Assembly: GCA_903911135.1 (NCBI GenBank)
Contig: CAIWCG010000072.1
Coordinates: 1 to 48,898, forward strand
Direction: 5' to 3'
Origin: an uncultured Bacteroidota bacterium
GTDB taxonomy: Bacteria > Bacteroidota > Bacteroidia > AKYH767-A > JABDAW01
DNA length: 48,898 bases
Position numbers and translations under genes: made by a program. Position 1 is the stretch's first letter, and every line of letters starts with the position of its first letter. Below the pieces are notes generated by a model, which made no database searches, was not told the DNA's origin, and saw only the letters and a program-made list of their open reading frames with translations. Of this stretch, positions 34,902 to 43,899 are shown piece by piece.

Positions 34902-34915
34902 ATGATATGAATCAT
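34902..34915. promoter_or_regulatory. Candidate CRP/FNR-like box ATGAT-ATGA-ATCAT upstream of ric
   Basis: Perfect 5-4-5 palindrome (extends to TATGAT-ATGA-ATCATA). Its centre is about 33 bp upstream of the -7 box centre, roughly -40 from the expected start site. Confidence 0.4.
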
Positions 34916-35000
34916 AAATACTAATGAAGAATGTCAATTCCTTAACAATCAATATAGTGGAAGTTTTGCCCCCAACGAAACGTTTAAAATTAATTTGGAA

Positions 35001-36944
35001 TTACTGAACTATCTTGAACTCAGTTCGGCGGTTTAGGGCTCGGTGTTCGTCGCTGTCGTTGGGAACGATGGGCATGGTGTCGCCATATCCGTGGAAGGAC
35101 ATTCGGGCTTTGTCGATGCCTGCGGAGATGATGAAGCGATAGACCGACTGGGCTCTGTTTTCTGACAAGGTCTGGTTTAGGTCCTTGCCACCTACGTTGT
35201 CGGTGTGGCCACTTATTTCTATGTGGATGCTGCTGTTCTTGTTCAGGAAGGCGACCAAGGTGGCGAGTTCTACCTTCGATTCATCCTTGAGGTCATACTT
35301 GTTGGTCTCGAAGAAAATGTTTTTCAGCACCACCCTTTCGCCAATCTTGATGGGCTGCATCGGCACATCCTTGTTCACGGAGTCGATTCGGTTGCCGCTT
35401 TCCTTGAGAGAGAAGTTCTCGGAATAAAACAGATATCCGTCTTTGGAGGCATGGAGGGCATAGTCCTTGCCGGCTGGCAGACAGACCAAAAACTCTCCGG
35501 AAACCTTGTTGGAGTAAGCCTCAGTAATGGTTTTTCCGGAAGCAATATCCTGCAATTCAAAGTGTACCGAAAGCGGTTTTGTGGATTCCTTGTCGAAGGC
35601 CTTTCCCTTAAGATAAGCCACCTTGAAGGGACGTGCTTCAGGATACAGGTCAAAAGCATAGATGTCCATTCCACCCTTTCCTTCCTTTCGGTTGGAGGCG
35701 AAATAGGCCAAGTTTCCGGCTGCATTCACGATCAAACTGTTTTCATCGGCGAAAGTATTGATGGGGTAGCCCAAGTTTTCCGCTTCGCCCCACTCCCCTT
35801 TCTCGTTCAGTCTAGAAACAAAAATATCATAGCCGCCCATGCTCTTGTGCCCCTTAGACACAAAATACAAGGTCTGGTTATCGCTGTGGATGAAAGGTGC
35901 TCCTTCATTTTTGGTGGTATTTATCTTTGGGCCAAGATTGACCGGTTTGCCGAAATATCCATCGTCTTGCAAGGTGCTCTTGTAGATATCATAACCACCT
36001 ATGCCACCTGGCCTGTCGCTCATGAAATAGATCGTTTTTCCATCCGAAGAGATGCTGGGCTGAGACTCTCCATATTTGGTGTTTATCGGTGGACCGATAT
36101 TGACTGGTTTCACCCATGTGTTTCCCATCTTCTTCGAGATATAGAGGTCACAACTTCCTAAGCCATCCTCTCTGTCGCAAGCCACAAACAGCATCGTTTG
36201 TCCGTCGGCAGAGATGCACACCGCTCCCTCATTCCTATAAGTATTGATGGTTTTCCCCACATTCTCGGCCTTTCCCCAGATGCCATTGTTCCGTTGGCTG
36301 AAATAAATGTCCTCATCATAAATTACATCTATCATAGGCGAATTGGATGCTCTGGGCGATTGTCTAGTAAAGAAAAGTGTCTGATCATCGGCAGTGATGG
36401 AAGGGAAATATTCTTCGTTCTTCGAGTTGACGCTGTCGCCCAAATCAACGGGATGGAAAGGCACCGGATGCTTGATGGACCAGATGGCAAAATCCATGTT
36501 GTTCATATATTCCTGTGCCAGCTCCTTCGTCTTTGCATTGATGGTAGAATACTGCAAACAAGTGGTCAGGTTTTCTTTCGCCTCTTCATAGTTGCCCATG
36601 CTCATGAGGGAAAGCGCAAGACCGTAATAGGCTCGCGGTTCAAAATCGGGATTGATCTTTATCGCCTTTCTATATTCATTGATGGATTCGGTTATCTCAT
36701 CCAAATCATAACTTAACTGCGCCAACAAAAGATGGGCTTCTATGAAATTCTCATCTGCCCTTATCGCCTTGTTGAGTTCTTTCTTGGCTTCTTCTCCTTG
36801 GCGATTGTCCATGAAATGCAAGGCCGCATCAAAGGCTTTCTTCGCCTTGGAAGATTTGGTGGTGTAGAATGATTTATCCTGACCATAAACCTGCGCCAGA
36901 CTTAGCATCAAAAAAAGGAACAATATACTTTTTATCGGTTTCAT
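35001..36944 (-). CDS. OmpA-family protein with TPR and TolB-like (PD40) beta-propeller repeats
   Basis: 647 aa with a signal peptide, N-terminal TPR-like helices and repeated E..PSIS.DG..L.F.S.R motifs. C-terminal OmpA domain (GHTDNVGG...NRRTEFKIV). Confidence 0.85.
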   Translation of the reverse strand: MKPIKSILFLFLMLSLAQVYGQDKSFYTTKSSKAKKAFDAALHFMDNRQGEEAKKELNKAIRADENFIEAHLLLAQLSYDLDEITESINEYRKAIKINPDFEPRAYYGLALSLMSMGNYEEAKENLTTCLQYSTINAKTKELAQEYMNNMDFAIWSIKHPVPFHPVDLGDSVNSKNEEYFPSITADDQTLFFTRQSPRASNSPMIDVIYDEDIYFSQRNNGIWGKAENVGKTINTYRNEGAVCISADGQTMLFVACDREDGLGSCDLYISKKMGNTWVKPVNIGPPINTKYGESQPSISSDGKTIYFMSDRPGGIGGYDIYKSTLQDDGYFGKPVNLGPKINTTKNEGAPFIHSDNQTLYFVSKGHKSMGGYDIFVSRLNEKGEWGEAENLGYPINTFADENSLIVNAAGNLAYFASNRKEGKGGMDIYAFDLYPEARPFKVAYLKGKAFDKESTKPLSVHFELQDIASGKTITEAYSNKVSGEFLVCLPAGKDYALHASKDGYLFYSENFSLKESGNRIDSVNKDVPMQPIKIGERVVLKNIFFETNKYDLKDESKVELATLVAFLNKNSSIHIEISGHTDNVGGKDLNQTLSENRAQSVYRFIISAGIDKARMSFHGYGDTMPIVPNDSDEHRALNRRTEFKIVQ

Positions 36945-36962
36945 ATAAGGTTTGAAAAAATC

Positions 36963-37583
36963 TTATGGCACATGGATATATTTATGGTTCTGCAAGGAAA
37001 TGCTCCACTGCGGATGCGCCTTTACATAGTCTATAACCAGCGGAAGAACGGTTTCCTTTTGGTCCCATTCGGGCTGTAAATATAACCTGCAACCCGGCTT
37101 CACCTTTTTGGCATTCTCTTCTGCCCATTTAAAATCGGTCTTGTTAAAAACAACTACCTTCAATTCATCGGCCAATGCATAAACTTCGTCCAAGGGAGTC
37201 TTGAATTTCTTGGGAGACAGGCAAATCCAATCGAACTCCCCCGACAAAGGAAAGGCTCCTGAAGTTTCCAACCAAATATTGAAACCATTTGTGGCGAGAG
37301 CCCAGCACAAGGCATTCAAATCATGCTGCAAAGGTTCGCCACCAGTGATGATGACATTTCTGGAAGGATGTTTCATGGCACCAGCCACCAGTTCTTCTAT
37401 GCTTATCAAAGGGTGTTTCGCGATGTCCCAAGAATCCTTTACATCGCACCAATGGCAGCCTACATCACAGCCTGCAAGCCGAATGAAATAGGCAGCCTTG
37501 CCTGCGTTGGCACCCTCTCCCTGAATGGAATAAAAGGTTTCCATAACGGGAAGCGAAACAGTTTGGTAGGTGGTGGTATTCAT
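36963..37583 (-). CDS. queE: 7-carboxy-7-deazaguanine synthase (radical SAM)
   Basis: 206 aa. FYSIQGEGANAGKAAYFIRLAGCDVGCHWCD (CxxxCxxC). Typical QueE length. Confidence 0.85.
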   Translation of the reverse strand: MNTTTYQTVSLPVMETFYSIQGEGANAGKAAYFIRLAGCDVGCHWCDVKDSWDIAKHPLISIEELVAGAMKHPSRNVIITGGEPLQHDLNALCWALATNGFNIWLETSGAFPLSGEFDWICLSPKKFKTPLDEVYALADELKVVVFNKTDFKWAEENAKKVKPGCRLYLQPEWDQKETVLPLVIDYVKAHPQWSISLQNHKYIHVP

Positions 37584-37599
37584 CGTTTTATATGGTCGG

Positions 37600-37607
37600 C
37601 AAAGATA
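37600..37607 (-). promoter_or_regulatory. -7 promoter box (TATCTTTG on minus strand) for queE-ompA
   Basis: Plus strand reads CAAAGATA preceded by GGTCGG. 16 nt upstream of the queE ATG. Confidence 0.45.
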
Positions 37608-37743
37608 GGCATTGAATAGAATAAAATCGTTTTAAGGACTGGCTCTCTCATAAAATCATGCTACCTATATTATATATTCCAATAAATAGTAGTGCCTTAA
37701 AGATATTATTCCTAATTTTACCACCCAAACAAAATTATAAGCC

Positions 37744-38901
37744 ATGAAAAAATTCGTACTCCTAATCACCATTTCCTTCATCCTTATGTCTTCGATAAAG
37801 ATGCAGGCCCAATCCGTAAAAGGCCTTTATGTCGATGGATTCAGCAACATACTTGGCAACACGAACAGTGAAGACAGTCTGTTGCATTATGCTCACGACA
37901 ACGGGTTCAACTACCTTGCGCTATACGACCTTTGGCCGATACACGTAACCTATAACCTCACCAATTCGGCTACCTGCACGGTGTTGGCAAACTTCATACA
38001 ACGCGCAAAGCAAACCTACGGAATCACTCAAGTTGGCGCTATCGGAGAAAACTTTTTCTTCTTCAACAACGTCATCCAAATCTACAATCAGCAGCATAGC
38101 AACCCCTTGCAGAAATTCGATGTATATAATATAGAGTTTGAGTTCTGGAACACCACTTCGGTATCTTCCGGAAACTATTACTGCACCACCTATCTGCAGC
38201 CTGGTGGCTACAGTTGCGATACTTCCGGTGCCTTCAGCTTTTACAAAATTCTCATTCGCCAAGTTGATTCCATCGGCAACCTGATAGGCGTCTTCAGCGA
38301 AGCGTATGTTGGCTGGTTCAATCAAGGACAAGCCATCACCATTGCCAATACGGTGGACAGGATTCTGTTGCATGATTACATCAGCAATTATTCTTCCCTA
38401 TACAGTTATATACAGCAACGCTTGCAATTCATCGCTGCCAGAAACTTGCCTACCAAGGTCATCACCATATTTTCTGCCGAGACTTCTTTCATGGGGCCTT
38501 GGCTCTCCACTCATAATGTGCTCTTGCCATATACCGACCTCCAGACTTATCTTGCCAACGAAACCGGAAACTGGGTGCAGTACATCAGCTTGGTGGGGTA
38601 TCAATGGTTCGCCTATTCCGTCATGCCTTATCATCTGGCTACTTCGTACAACCCCCACTTTTTGGATAATTCCTTAAAGATATATCCCAACCCTGCCAAC
38701 GATTTGTTGAACATTCATATTTCCAATCTTGCAGCAAATCAACACGTTGTCATCACCGATTTGTTGGGGAATGAAATTTATTCTCAATTCATAAAAAACC
38801 AAGACACCCACATCAACATTTCCAACTGGAGCAGTGGTATCTATTTTTATGAAATTACCAATGATTCAGAAACGACAAGAGGTAAAATCATAAAGCAATA
38901 A
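37744..38901 (+). CDS. Secreted hypothetical protein with T9SS C-terminal sorting domain
   Basis: 385 aa with a signal peptide. C-terminus KIYPNPANDLLNIHI...GIYFYEIT...GKIIKQ. The N-terminal domain is not recognised. Confidence 0.7.
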   Translation: MKKFVLLITISFILMSSIKMQAQSVKGLYVDGFSNILGNTNSEDSLLHYAHDNGFNYLALYDLWPIHVTYNLTNSATCTVLANFIQRAKQTYGITQVGAIGENFFFFNNVIQIYNQQHSNPLQKFDVYNIEFEFWNTTSVSSGNYYCTTYLQPGGYSCDTSGAFSFYKILIRQVDSIGNLIGVFSEAYVGWFNQGQAITIANTVDRILLHDYISNYSSLYSYIQQRLQFIAARNLPTKVITIFSAETSFMGPWLSTHNVLLPYTDLQTYLANETGNWVQYISLVGYQWFAYSVMPYHLATSYNPHFLDNSLKIYPNPANDLLNIHISNLAANQHVVITDLLGNEIYSQFIKNQDTHINISNWSSGIYFYEITNDSETTRGKIIKQ

Positions 38902-38919
38902 GCAAGGAACTTTTTGGTT

Positions 38920-39882
38920 TTATATCGGCAATATCTTCACCAGATGAATGGTGTAGGCCGATACGCTTTTATCTATGATCACCAAAGGAAAAGCCAGGCT
39001 ATTGTAAAGCGGAGCTTCAATGTTTGCAACGGCTGCATCTATGATGGTGGTACTTAAAACAATGATGCCATCCGCTCCTCCGGTGCCCTTGTCTCCATTG
39101 GCATCTATCTGGGCTGTGGCTTCATCTACAGGCAATAAGGTGATGGAGTCGAGAACGGTAAACGTGATGTCGGCACCACTCCCTATCGAATAATATTTAT
39201 ATCCCCACAGCTTCAGATAATTTCTTTTGGTTGCATCAGCCACACCTACATAATAGGTCTCCCCTTCGCTCATCATCCGCTCTATCAAAATGTCGGCATC
39301 TACATTCAATGCCGCCACCACTATCAGTTGGTCTATGTATGCCTGTTCTGCCGAATTGGCCAAAGCAATTTTCAGCAACAAGGCCGTGTTGATGGAAACG
39401 ATGTCCGCCTTCGATGGGTTGGCCATGGCTGCTCCACCAGCAGTTACACGGTTGGCATCGCCATTGATTATCTGCAATAGAAAGGTCTTCACTTTTGTCA
39501 GGGAATCCAATCTTGGCACGTTGCCATTGCTCACCGGTTGTCCGTAATAGGCTCTGTCTGATGCTCTATACAGAGTCGTCAGGAAGGTAGGACTGATGAA
39601 TCTTTTCACTCCAAAGTTGAACACCTGGTAGAACTGTGATGCAGAATTGCGAGCCACCTCTTCAAAATAGTTCTGGTTTACATTTGCCTGCACTTTTGGG
39701 GCAGCCAAATTGTTCAACAAGGTTACTTCGGTGGCATAATTGGATGCCATCGTGTCCAAAGTGGTGCTGGTAGCGGTCGAATAAATGTCTACCACCAAAG
39801 CCGTGTTTTTCCTTACCTTGTTGTCATTTAGAAAACTATTTCTCTGATCATTTGTTTCCGGTTTCTGTCTTACTATTATCAT
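38920..39882 (-). CDS. Hypothetical protein (orphan; helical N-terminal part plus a beta-rich C-terminal 90 aa or so)
   Basis: 320-aa ORF with ordinary amino-acid composition and no competing ORF. No signal peptide, no motif I recognise, and no TAnnTTTG box upstream. Confidence 0.55.
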   Translation of the reverse strand: MIIVRQKPETNDQRNSFLNDNKVRKNTALVVDIYSTATSTTLDTMASNYATEVTLLNNLAAPKVQANVNQNYFEEVARNSASQFYQVFNFGVKRFISPTFLTTLYRASDRAYYGQPVSNGNVPRLDSLTKVKTFLLQIINGDANRVTAGGAAMANPSKADIVSINTALLLKIALANSAEQAYIDQLIVVAALNVDADILIERMMSEGETYYVGVADATKRNYLKLWGYKYYSIGSGADITFTVLDSITLLPVDEATAQIDANGDKGTGGADGIIVLSTTIIDAAVANIEAPLYNSLAFPLVIIDKSVSAYTIHLVKILPI

Positions 39883-40015
39883 TGGTATTTATTTTTTTTA
39901 TAATTTTATTGATATTATGAATTTACAATTGCTTATTGATTATTCTATTCAAGTAAATGTTTTTTTGACCAAAAAATGGCATTAGAGAGGCCCAGTCGTT
40001 ACTTTTTAGCCCTCT

Positions 40016-40245
40016 CTGATGGATGAGAACGGGGTAAAAAGTAATGCCCGAATACCTCCTCAGGATGAGATCATACCAAAAAGTACTGCCTGTATTCTTC
40101 CGAAGGATGAGAGCATACCAAAAAGTGGGGCCTGTATTCTTCCGAAGGATGAGAGACCACCAAAAAGTACTTACAAGGGCTTTTCCAAGAAAAGAGGAAT
40201 CCCAAAAACTGGTACCCGAGACCTTGTGGGCTTTTGGAAAAAATG
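40016..40245. repeat. TR-11: tandem array, about 5.5 units of 42 bp (CCGAAGGATGAGAGCATACCAAAAAGT...)
   Basis: Unit starts at 40016, 40058, 40100, 40142, 40184 and 40226, decaying outward. Lies between the GerE-like gene and the 320-aa orphan. Confidence 0.85.
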
Positions 40246-40369
40246 GAAATGAAATTTGCTCCGCTCTGTTCACGAGGCAAAATAGCAAATTATTTGTCTG
40301 CATTGATACCCCCAATCAGGGGTTTATGGAAAATAAAGTTTTTTTGAGCGCAAAAGCCTTGGCAATGTC

Positions 40370-40588
40370 TCACACGGCATATCCCATCCTGATGGCATAG
40401 GCAGCCAAGGCATTGATGGTATGAATCCGCAGCATGTCGTAGATTATTTTCAGATGCCCTTCAAAAGTGTTGAAGTTCATTTCCAGTTCTTCGGCCATTT
40501 TTATTTGAGTCATGTCCTTGACAGAAATGGTAATCACCCTCGCCTCATCCACCATAAATCCGTTAGCATCACGTGGTTTTAAATTCAT
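40370..40588 (-). CDS. Stand-alone LuxR/GerE-type helix-turn-helix protein
   Basis: 72 aa that aligns by eye with GerE over the whole HTH (MTQIKMAEELEMNFNTFEGHLKIIYDMLRIHTINALAAYAIRMG). Has its own -7 box. Confidence 0.55.
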   Translation of the reverse strand: MNLKPRDANGFMVDEARVITISVKDMTQIKMAEELEMNFNTFEGHLKIIYDMLRIHTINALAAYAIRMGYAV

Positions 40589-40632
40589 AATTTTTAAGGT
40601 TTAATTTTTAAAAGCGTTTTTGTTTCGAGATA

Positions 40633-40640
40633 CAAAAGTA
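40633..40640 (-). promoter_or_regulatory. -7 promoter box (TACTTTTG on minus strand) for the GerE-like gene
   Basis: Plus strand reads CAAAAGTA, 44 nt upstream of the ATG at 40588. Confidence 0.45.
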
Positions 40641-40696
40641 GGGAAACGTGGGGAAGTATTTATTTAAATGACATCTGGCAATAGAATTATTTTTTG

Positions 40697-40704
40697 TAAT
40701 TTTG
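40697..40704 (+). promoter_or_regulatory. -7 promoter box (TAATTTTG) for the lipoprotein gene
   Basis: Exact TAnnTTTG. It overlaps the ORF-track TTG start at 40702, so the ATG at 40726 is preferred. Confidence 0.45.
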
Positions 40705-40725
40705 CATCGATATAAAATTCCAAGG

Positions 40726-41391
40726 ATGAAATTGTCTTTAAGAATAATCACTTTTGATTTTTTTATAATCCTGTTGTTCGGATGCAATAAAGCCACTACT
40801 ATACCGGATAACAGCAGTAAAAGCCATCCGTGCGCTCCAACTTATACCAATACTATTGATACATTTCTTCTTAACAGTTTTTTGTTCAACAATGGAAGCT
40901 ATTGGATATACTTGGACTCCTTGAGCAATTCTTATGACTCCAGTTATTTGATTGAACCATTGATGCCTTATTTAACTTTTTATGAAGGACCATTTACCCC
41001 TGGACAAGGGCAATGTGAATATTTCATAAAATATGCATATAACTCAACAACGGTATCAAAACTCCAATATGAATATTATTTGCAAGGGAACAACATTTAT
41101 GTACTTAATCAAATGCAATCATGGAGCAATGGATACTTTCCAGATTTTTTATGCTATTCGGATAATGGAGTTTTGGTATTGGGAAGCAATAATTTTTTTT
41201 ACCCCAGCTATCAAATTGACAATACTACCTATACTAATGTATATAAATATCACTTCGATAACAGTTTTGACCAATCTCTTCCTGATAGTGGGTATTTTTA
41301 TTTGAAGGCGCATGTAGGAATCATTAAAACGGAGTTTTACTATAGCGGTTTAAAAAGAACTTATAAACTAATAAGGTCGCACATTCAATAA
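40726..41391 (+). CDS. Hypothetical lipoprotein
   Basis: 221 aa from the ATG at 40726. Signal plus lipobox (IILLFGC). Tyr/Asn-rich mature part, no recognised domain. Confidence 0.6.
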   Translation: MKLSLRIITFDFFIILLFGCNKATTIPDNSSKSHPCAPTYTNTIDTFLLNSFLFNNGSYWIYLDSLSNSYDSSYLIEPLMPYLTFYEGPFTPGQGQCEYFIKYAYNSTTVSKLQYEYYLQGNNIYVLNQMQSWSNGYFPDFLCYSDNGVLVLGSNNFFYPSYQIDNTTYTNVYKYHFDNSFDQSLPDSGYFYLKAHVGIIKTEFYYSGLKRTYKLIRSHIQ

Positions 41392-41571
41392 TTCATTAAT
41401 CGGTAATAAGTGGATTGAGGCAGGAATCATTGCTTCTGTTGATATCATCAATGGAAAAACCACTACCCCAAGTTTTTGGTTGGTCTATATTTTATTCATC
41501 ATTTTGGATACCATAATTGCTTCCGTCTGCGGAGTTATCATGGTATCAAAAAGTGGGGGTTGTAGTTTATA

Positions 41572-42453
41572 TTAGTTATAAACCTCCTTGCGGGCTGCTT
41601 TGAGTGTATTTTCGAGCAAGGCCACAATGGTCATCGGCCCTACCCCACCCGGAACAGGTGTGATGAAGGAACATTTTGGAGCCACCTGGTCGTATTCCAC
41701 ATCGCCCTTGAGGGCAAAACCGGTCTTCTTGCTGGAGTCTTCGATGCGGGTAAGCCCCACGTCTATCACCACGGCACCTTCCTTCACCATATCGTGGGTA
41801 AGGAATCCCGGCTTGCCCAAAGCCACGATGATGATATCGGCCATCAGCGTAAACTGACGGAGGTTTTGTGTGCGGGAATGGCAAAGCGTAACGGTGCAGT
41901 TGCCAGGGTTTCCATCACGTGCCATAAGTATGCTCATGGGTGACCCTACAATGTTGCTTCGGCCTATCACCACACAGTGTTTGCCCTTGGTTTCTATGTT
42001 GTAATGTTCGATGAGTTTGAGTATGCCGAAAGGTGTGGCAGCAATGTAGCAAGGCAGGTTCTTCACCATTCGGCCTGTGTTTTCGGGATGAAAGCCATCT
42101 ACATCCTTGGATGGTTTGATGGCATTGATGATCTTGTCGACAGCTATGTGCTTGGGCAAAGGAAGTTGCACGATGAAGCCGTCTATGTTGTCGTCATCGT
42201 TTATTTCTTGAATCTTTTCGAGAAGCGTTTTTTCGGAGATGTCGTTGGCAAAACGGAACAAGGAAGAATCGAAACCTACCTGTTCGCAAGCCTTTACCTT
42301 ATTGGCCACATAGGTTTCGGAAGCACCGTTTTCGCCCACCAAGATGGCGGCAAGATGTGGAACCTTCCCACCATTTTCCTTCATCTCAAGCACCTGCAAG
42401 GCAATCTTGTCCTTCAATAAAGCGGCTACTTCCTTTCCGTTGATCAGCTCCAT
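41572..42453 (-). CDS. folD: Bifunctional methylenetetrahydrofolate dehydrogenase / methenyl-THF cyclohydrolase
   Basis: 293 aa. Conserved [46 protein letters not shown]. Confidence 0.95.
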   Translation of the reverse strand: MELINGKEVAALLKDKIALQVLEMKENGGKVPHLAAILVGENGASETYVANKVKACEQVGFDSSLFRFANDISEKTLLEKIQEINDDDNIDGFIVQLPLPKHIAVDKIINAIKPSKDVDGFHPENTGRMVKNLPCYIAATPFGILKLIEHYNIETKGKHCVVIGRSNIVGSPMSILMARDGNPGNCTVTLCHSRTQNLRQFTLMADIIIVALGKPGFLTHDMVKEGAVVIDVGLTRIEDSSKKTGFALKGDVEYDQVAPKCSFITPVPGGVGPMTIVALLENTLKAARKEVYN

Positions 42454-42475
42454 CAGTTATATTATAGGTATGGAA

Positions 42476-43804
42476 CTATCGTTTCGGCATCATGCTCTGC
42501 ATCTTCTTCATTGCAGCAGGGCTTACTTGTGCCTTCAACTGATTTCTAATATAGTCGAAACGTTGTATCAGCTGATTGATTTCTTGCATGCTTCGGCCAC
42601 TGCCTCTGGCTATCCTGTTCTTGCGGTTTCCATCGAGCTTCACCTTGCAGTCGCGTTCGGCGGGAGTCATGGAATTGATGATGGCAATCATGGGCTTGAA
42701 GTTTTCATCGCTGAAATCGACATCCTTGATTTGTTTTCCAATGCCAGGAATCATAGAAGCTATTTCCTTGAGGTTTCCCATCTTCTTCACATATCCGAAC
42801 TGCTCCAGCATATCATTAAATGTCAATTCGTTCTTGGCAATCTTGCGCTCCAGCTTCTTTGCCGACTCGTCATCATACACCGATTGGGCCCGCTCCACCA
42901 ACGATACGATGTCGCCCATTCCCAATATCCTGTCAGCCATACGTTCCGGATAAAAGACATCCAGCGCTTCCAGTTTTTCACCCGTACCTACAAACTTGAT
43001 GGGTTTGCTCACCACCGACTTGATGGACAATGCAGCTCCACCACGTGTATCGCCATCCATCTTGGTAAGCACTACGCCACTGAAATCAAGTCTGTCGTTG
43101 AAAGTCTTTGCAGTGTTCACGGCATCTTGTCCTGTCATGGCATCCACAACAAACAATATCTCGTTGGGATTGATGGCCTTCTTGATGGCAACTATTTCAC
43201 TCATCATCTGCTCATCTATTGCCAAACGACCGGCAGTATCTATGATAACCACATTATTTCCACTTTCCTTGGCCTTGCGAATTGCATTCTGGGCAATCTG
43301 AATAGGGTTCTTGTTCTCCAATTCCGAATAAACCGAAACTCCAATCTGTTCGCCAAGAACCGTAAGCTGGTTAATGGCAGCCGGTCTATAGACATCGCAA
43401 GCCACCAACATAACGGACTTACCCTTTTTGTTCTTCAGATAGAATGCAAGCTTGCCGGACAAAGTGGTTTTACCCGAACCCTGAAGACCAGACATGAGGA
43501 TGACAGCCGGATTTCCCTTCAAGTCAATCTCTTCTGCCTGGCCACCCATCAGTTGTGTGAGTTCATCATGAGTTATCTTCACCAACAACTGACCTGGCGA
43601 CACGGAGGTCAATACATTTTGTCCCAAGGCTTTCTCTTTTACGGTATCCGTAAAGGTTTTTGCCACCTTGTAGTTAACGTCGGCATCCAACAAGGCTTTT
43701 CTTACTTCCTTGATGGTCTCTGCCACGTTAATCTCACTTATTTTTCCTTGACCCTTTAATGTTTTTAGGGCTCTCTCCAGTTTCTCGCTTAAATTGTCGA
43801 ACAT
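42476..43804 (-). CDS. ffh: Signal recognition particle protein
   Basis: 442 aa. GTPase motifs GLQGSGKTT, DTAGR, TKMDGD. Met-rich M domain. Confidence 0.95.
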   Translation of the reverse strand: MFDNLSEKLERALKTLKGQGKISEINVAETIKEVRKALLDADVNYKVAKTFTDTVKEKALGQNVLTSVSPGQLLVKITHDELTQLMGGQAEEIDLKGNPAVILMSGLQGSGKTTLSGKLAFYLKNKKGKSVMLVACDVYRPAAINQLTVLGEQIGVSVYSELENKNPIQIAQNAIRKAKESGNNVVIIDTAGRLAIDEQMMSEIVAIKKAINPNEILFVVDAMTGQDAVNTAKTFNDRLDFSGVVLTKMDGDTRGGAALSIKSVVSKPIKFVGTGEKLEALDVFYPERMADRILGMGDIVSLVERAQSVYDDESAKKLERKIAKNELTFNDMLEQFGYVKKMGNLKEIASMIPGIGKQIKDVDFSDENFKPMIAIINSMTPAERDCKVKLDGNRKNRIARGSGRSMQEINQLIQRFDYIRNQLKAQVSPAAMKKMQSMMPKR

Positions 43805-43827
43805 GTTTATCTGATTTTTATCTGCCG

Positions 43828-43835
43828 CAAATTTA
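43828..43835 (-). promoter_or_regulatory. -7 promoter box (TAAATTTG on minus strand) for ffh-folD
   Basis: Plus strand reads CAAATTTA preceded by CTGCCG. 23 nt upstream of the ffh ATG. Confidence 0.5.
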
Positions 43836-43887
43836 TATTATTTCCATGAAGTCATTAAGAAATCTTCTTCTGCTCCATTTAAAAGGT

Positions 43888-43895
43888 TAATTTTG
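43888..43895 (+). promoter_or_regulatory. -7 promoter box (TAATTTTG) for the second Nramp gene
   Basis: Exact TAnnTTTG followed by CCGC. It ends only 4 nt before the ATG at 43900, which implies a leaderless or very short-leader mRNA. Confidence 0.4.
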
Positions 43896-43899
43896 CCGC

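Noticed and set aside
35205-36161. 318-aa plus-strand ORF (and 36198-36716, 172 aa)
   Set aside because: Antisense to the OmpA-family gene, whose TPR, PD40 and OmpA motifs are clear.
42344-43759. 471-aa plus-strand ORF
   Set aside because: It is entirely antisense to ffh, which has unambiguous SRP GTPase motifs. Its composition is skewed (rich in His, Leu, Ser, Cys) with no recognisable motifs, which is typical of a shadow ORF.
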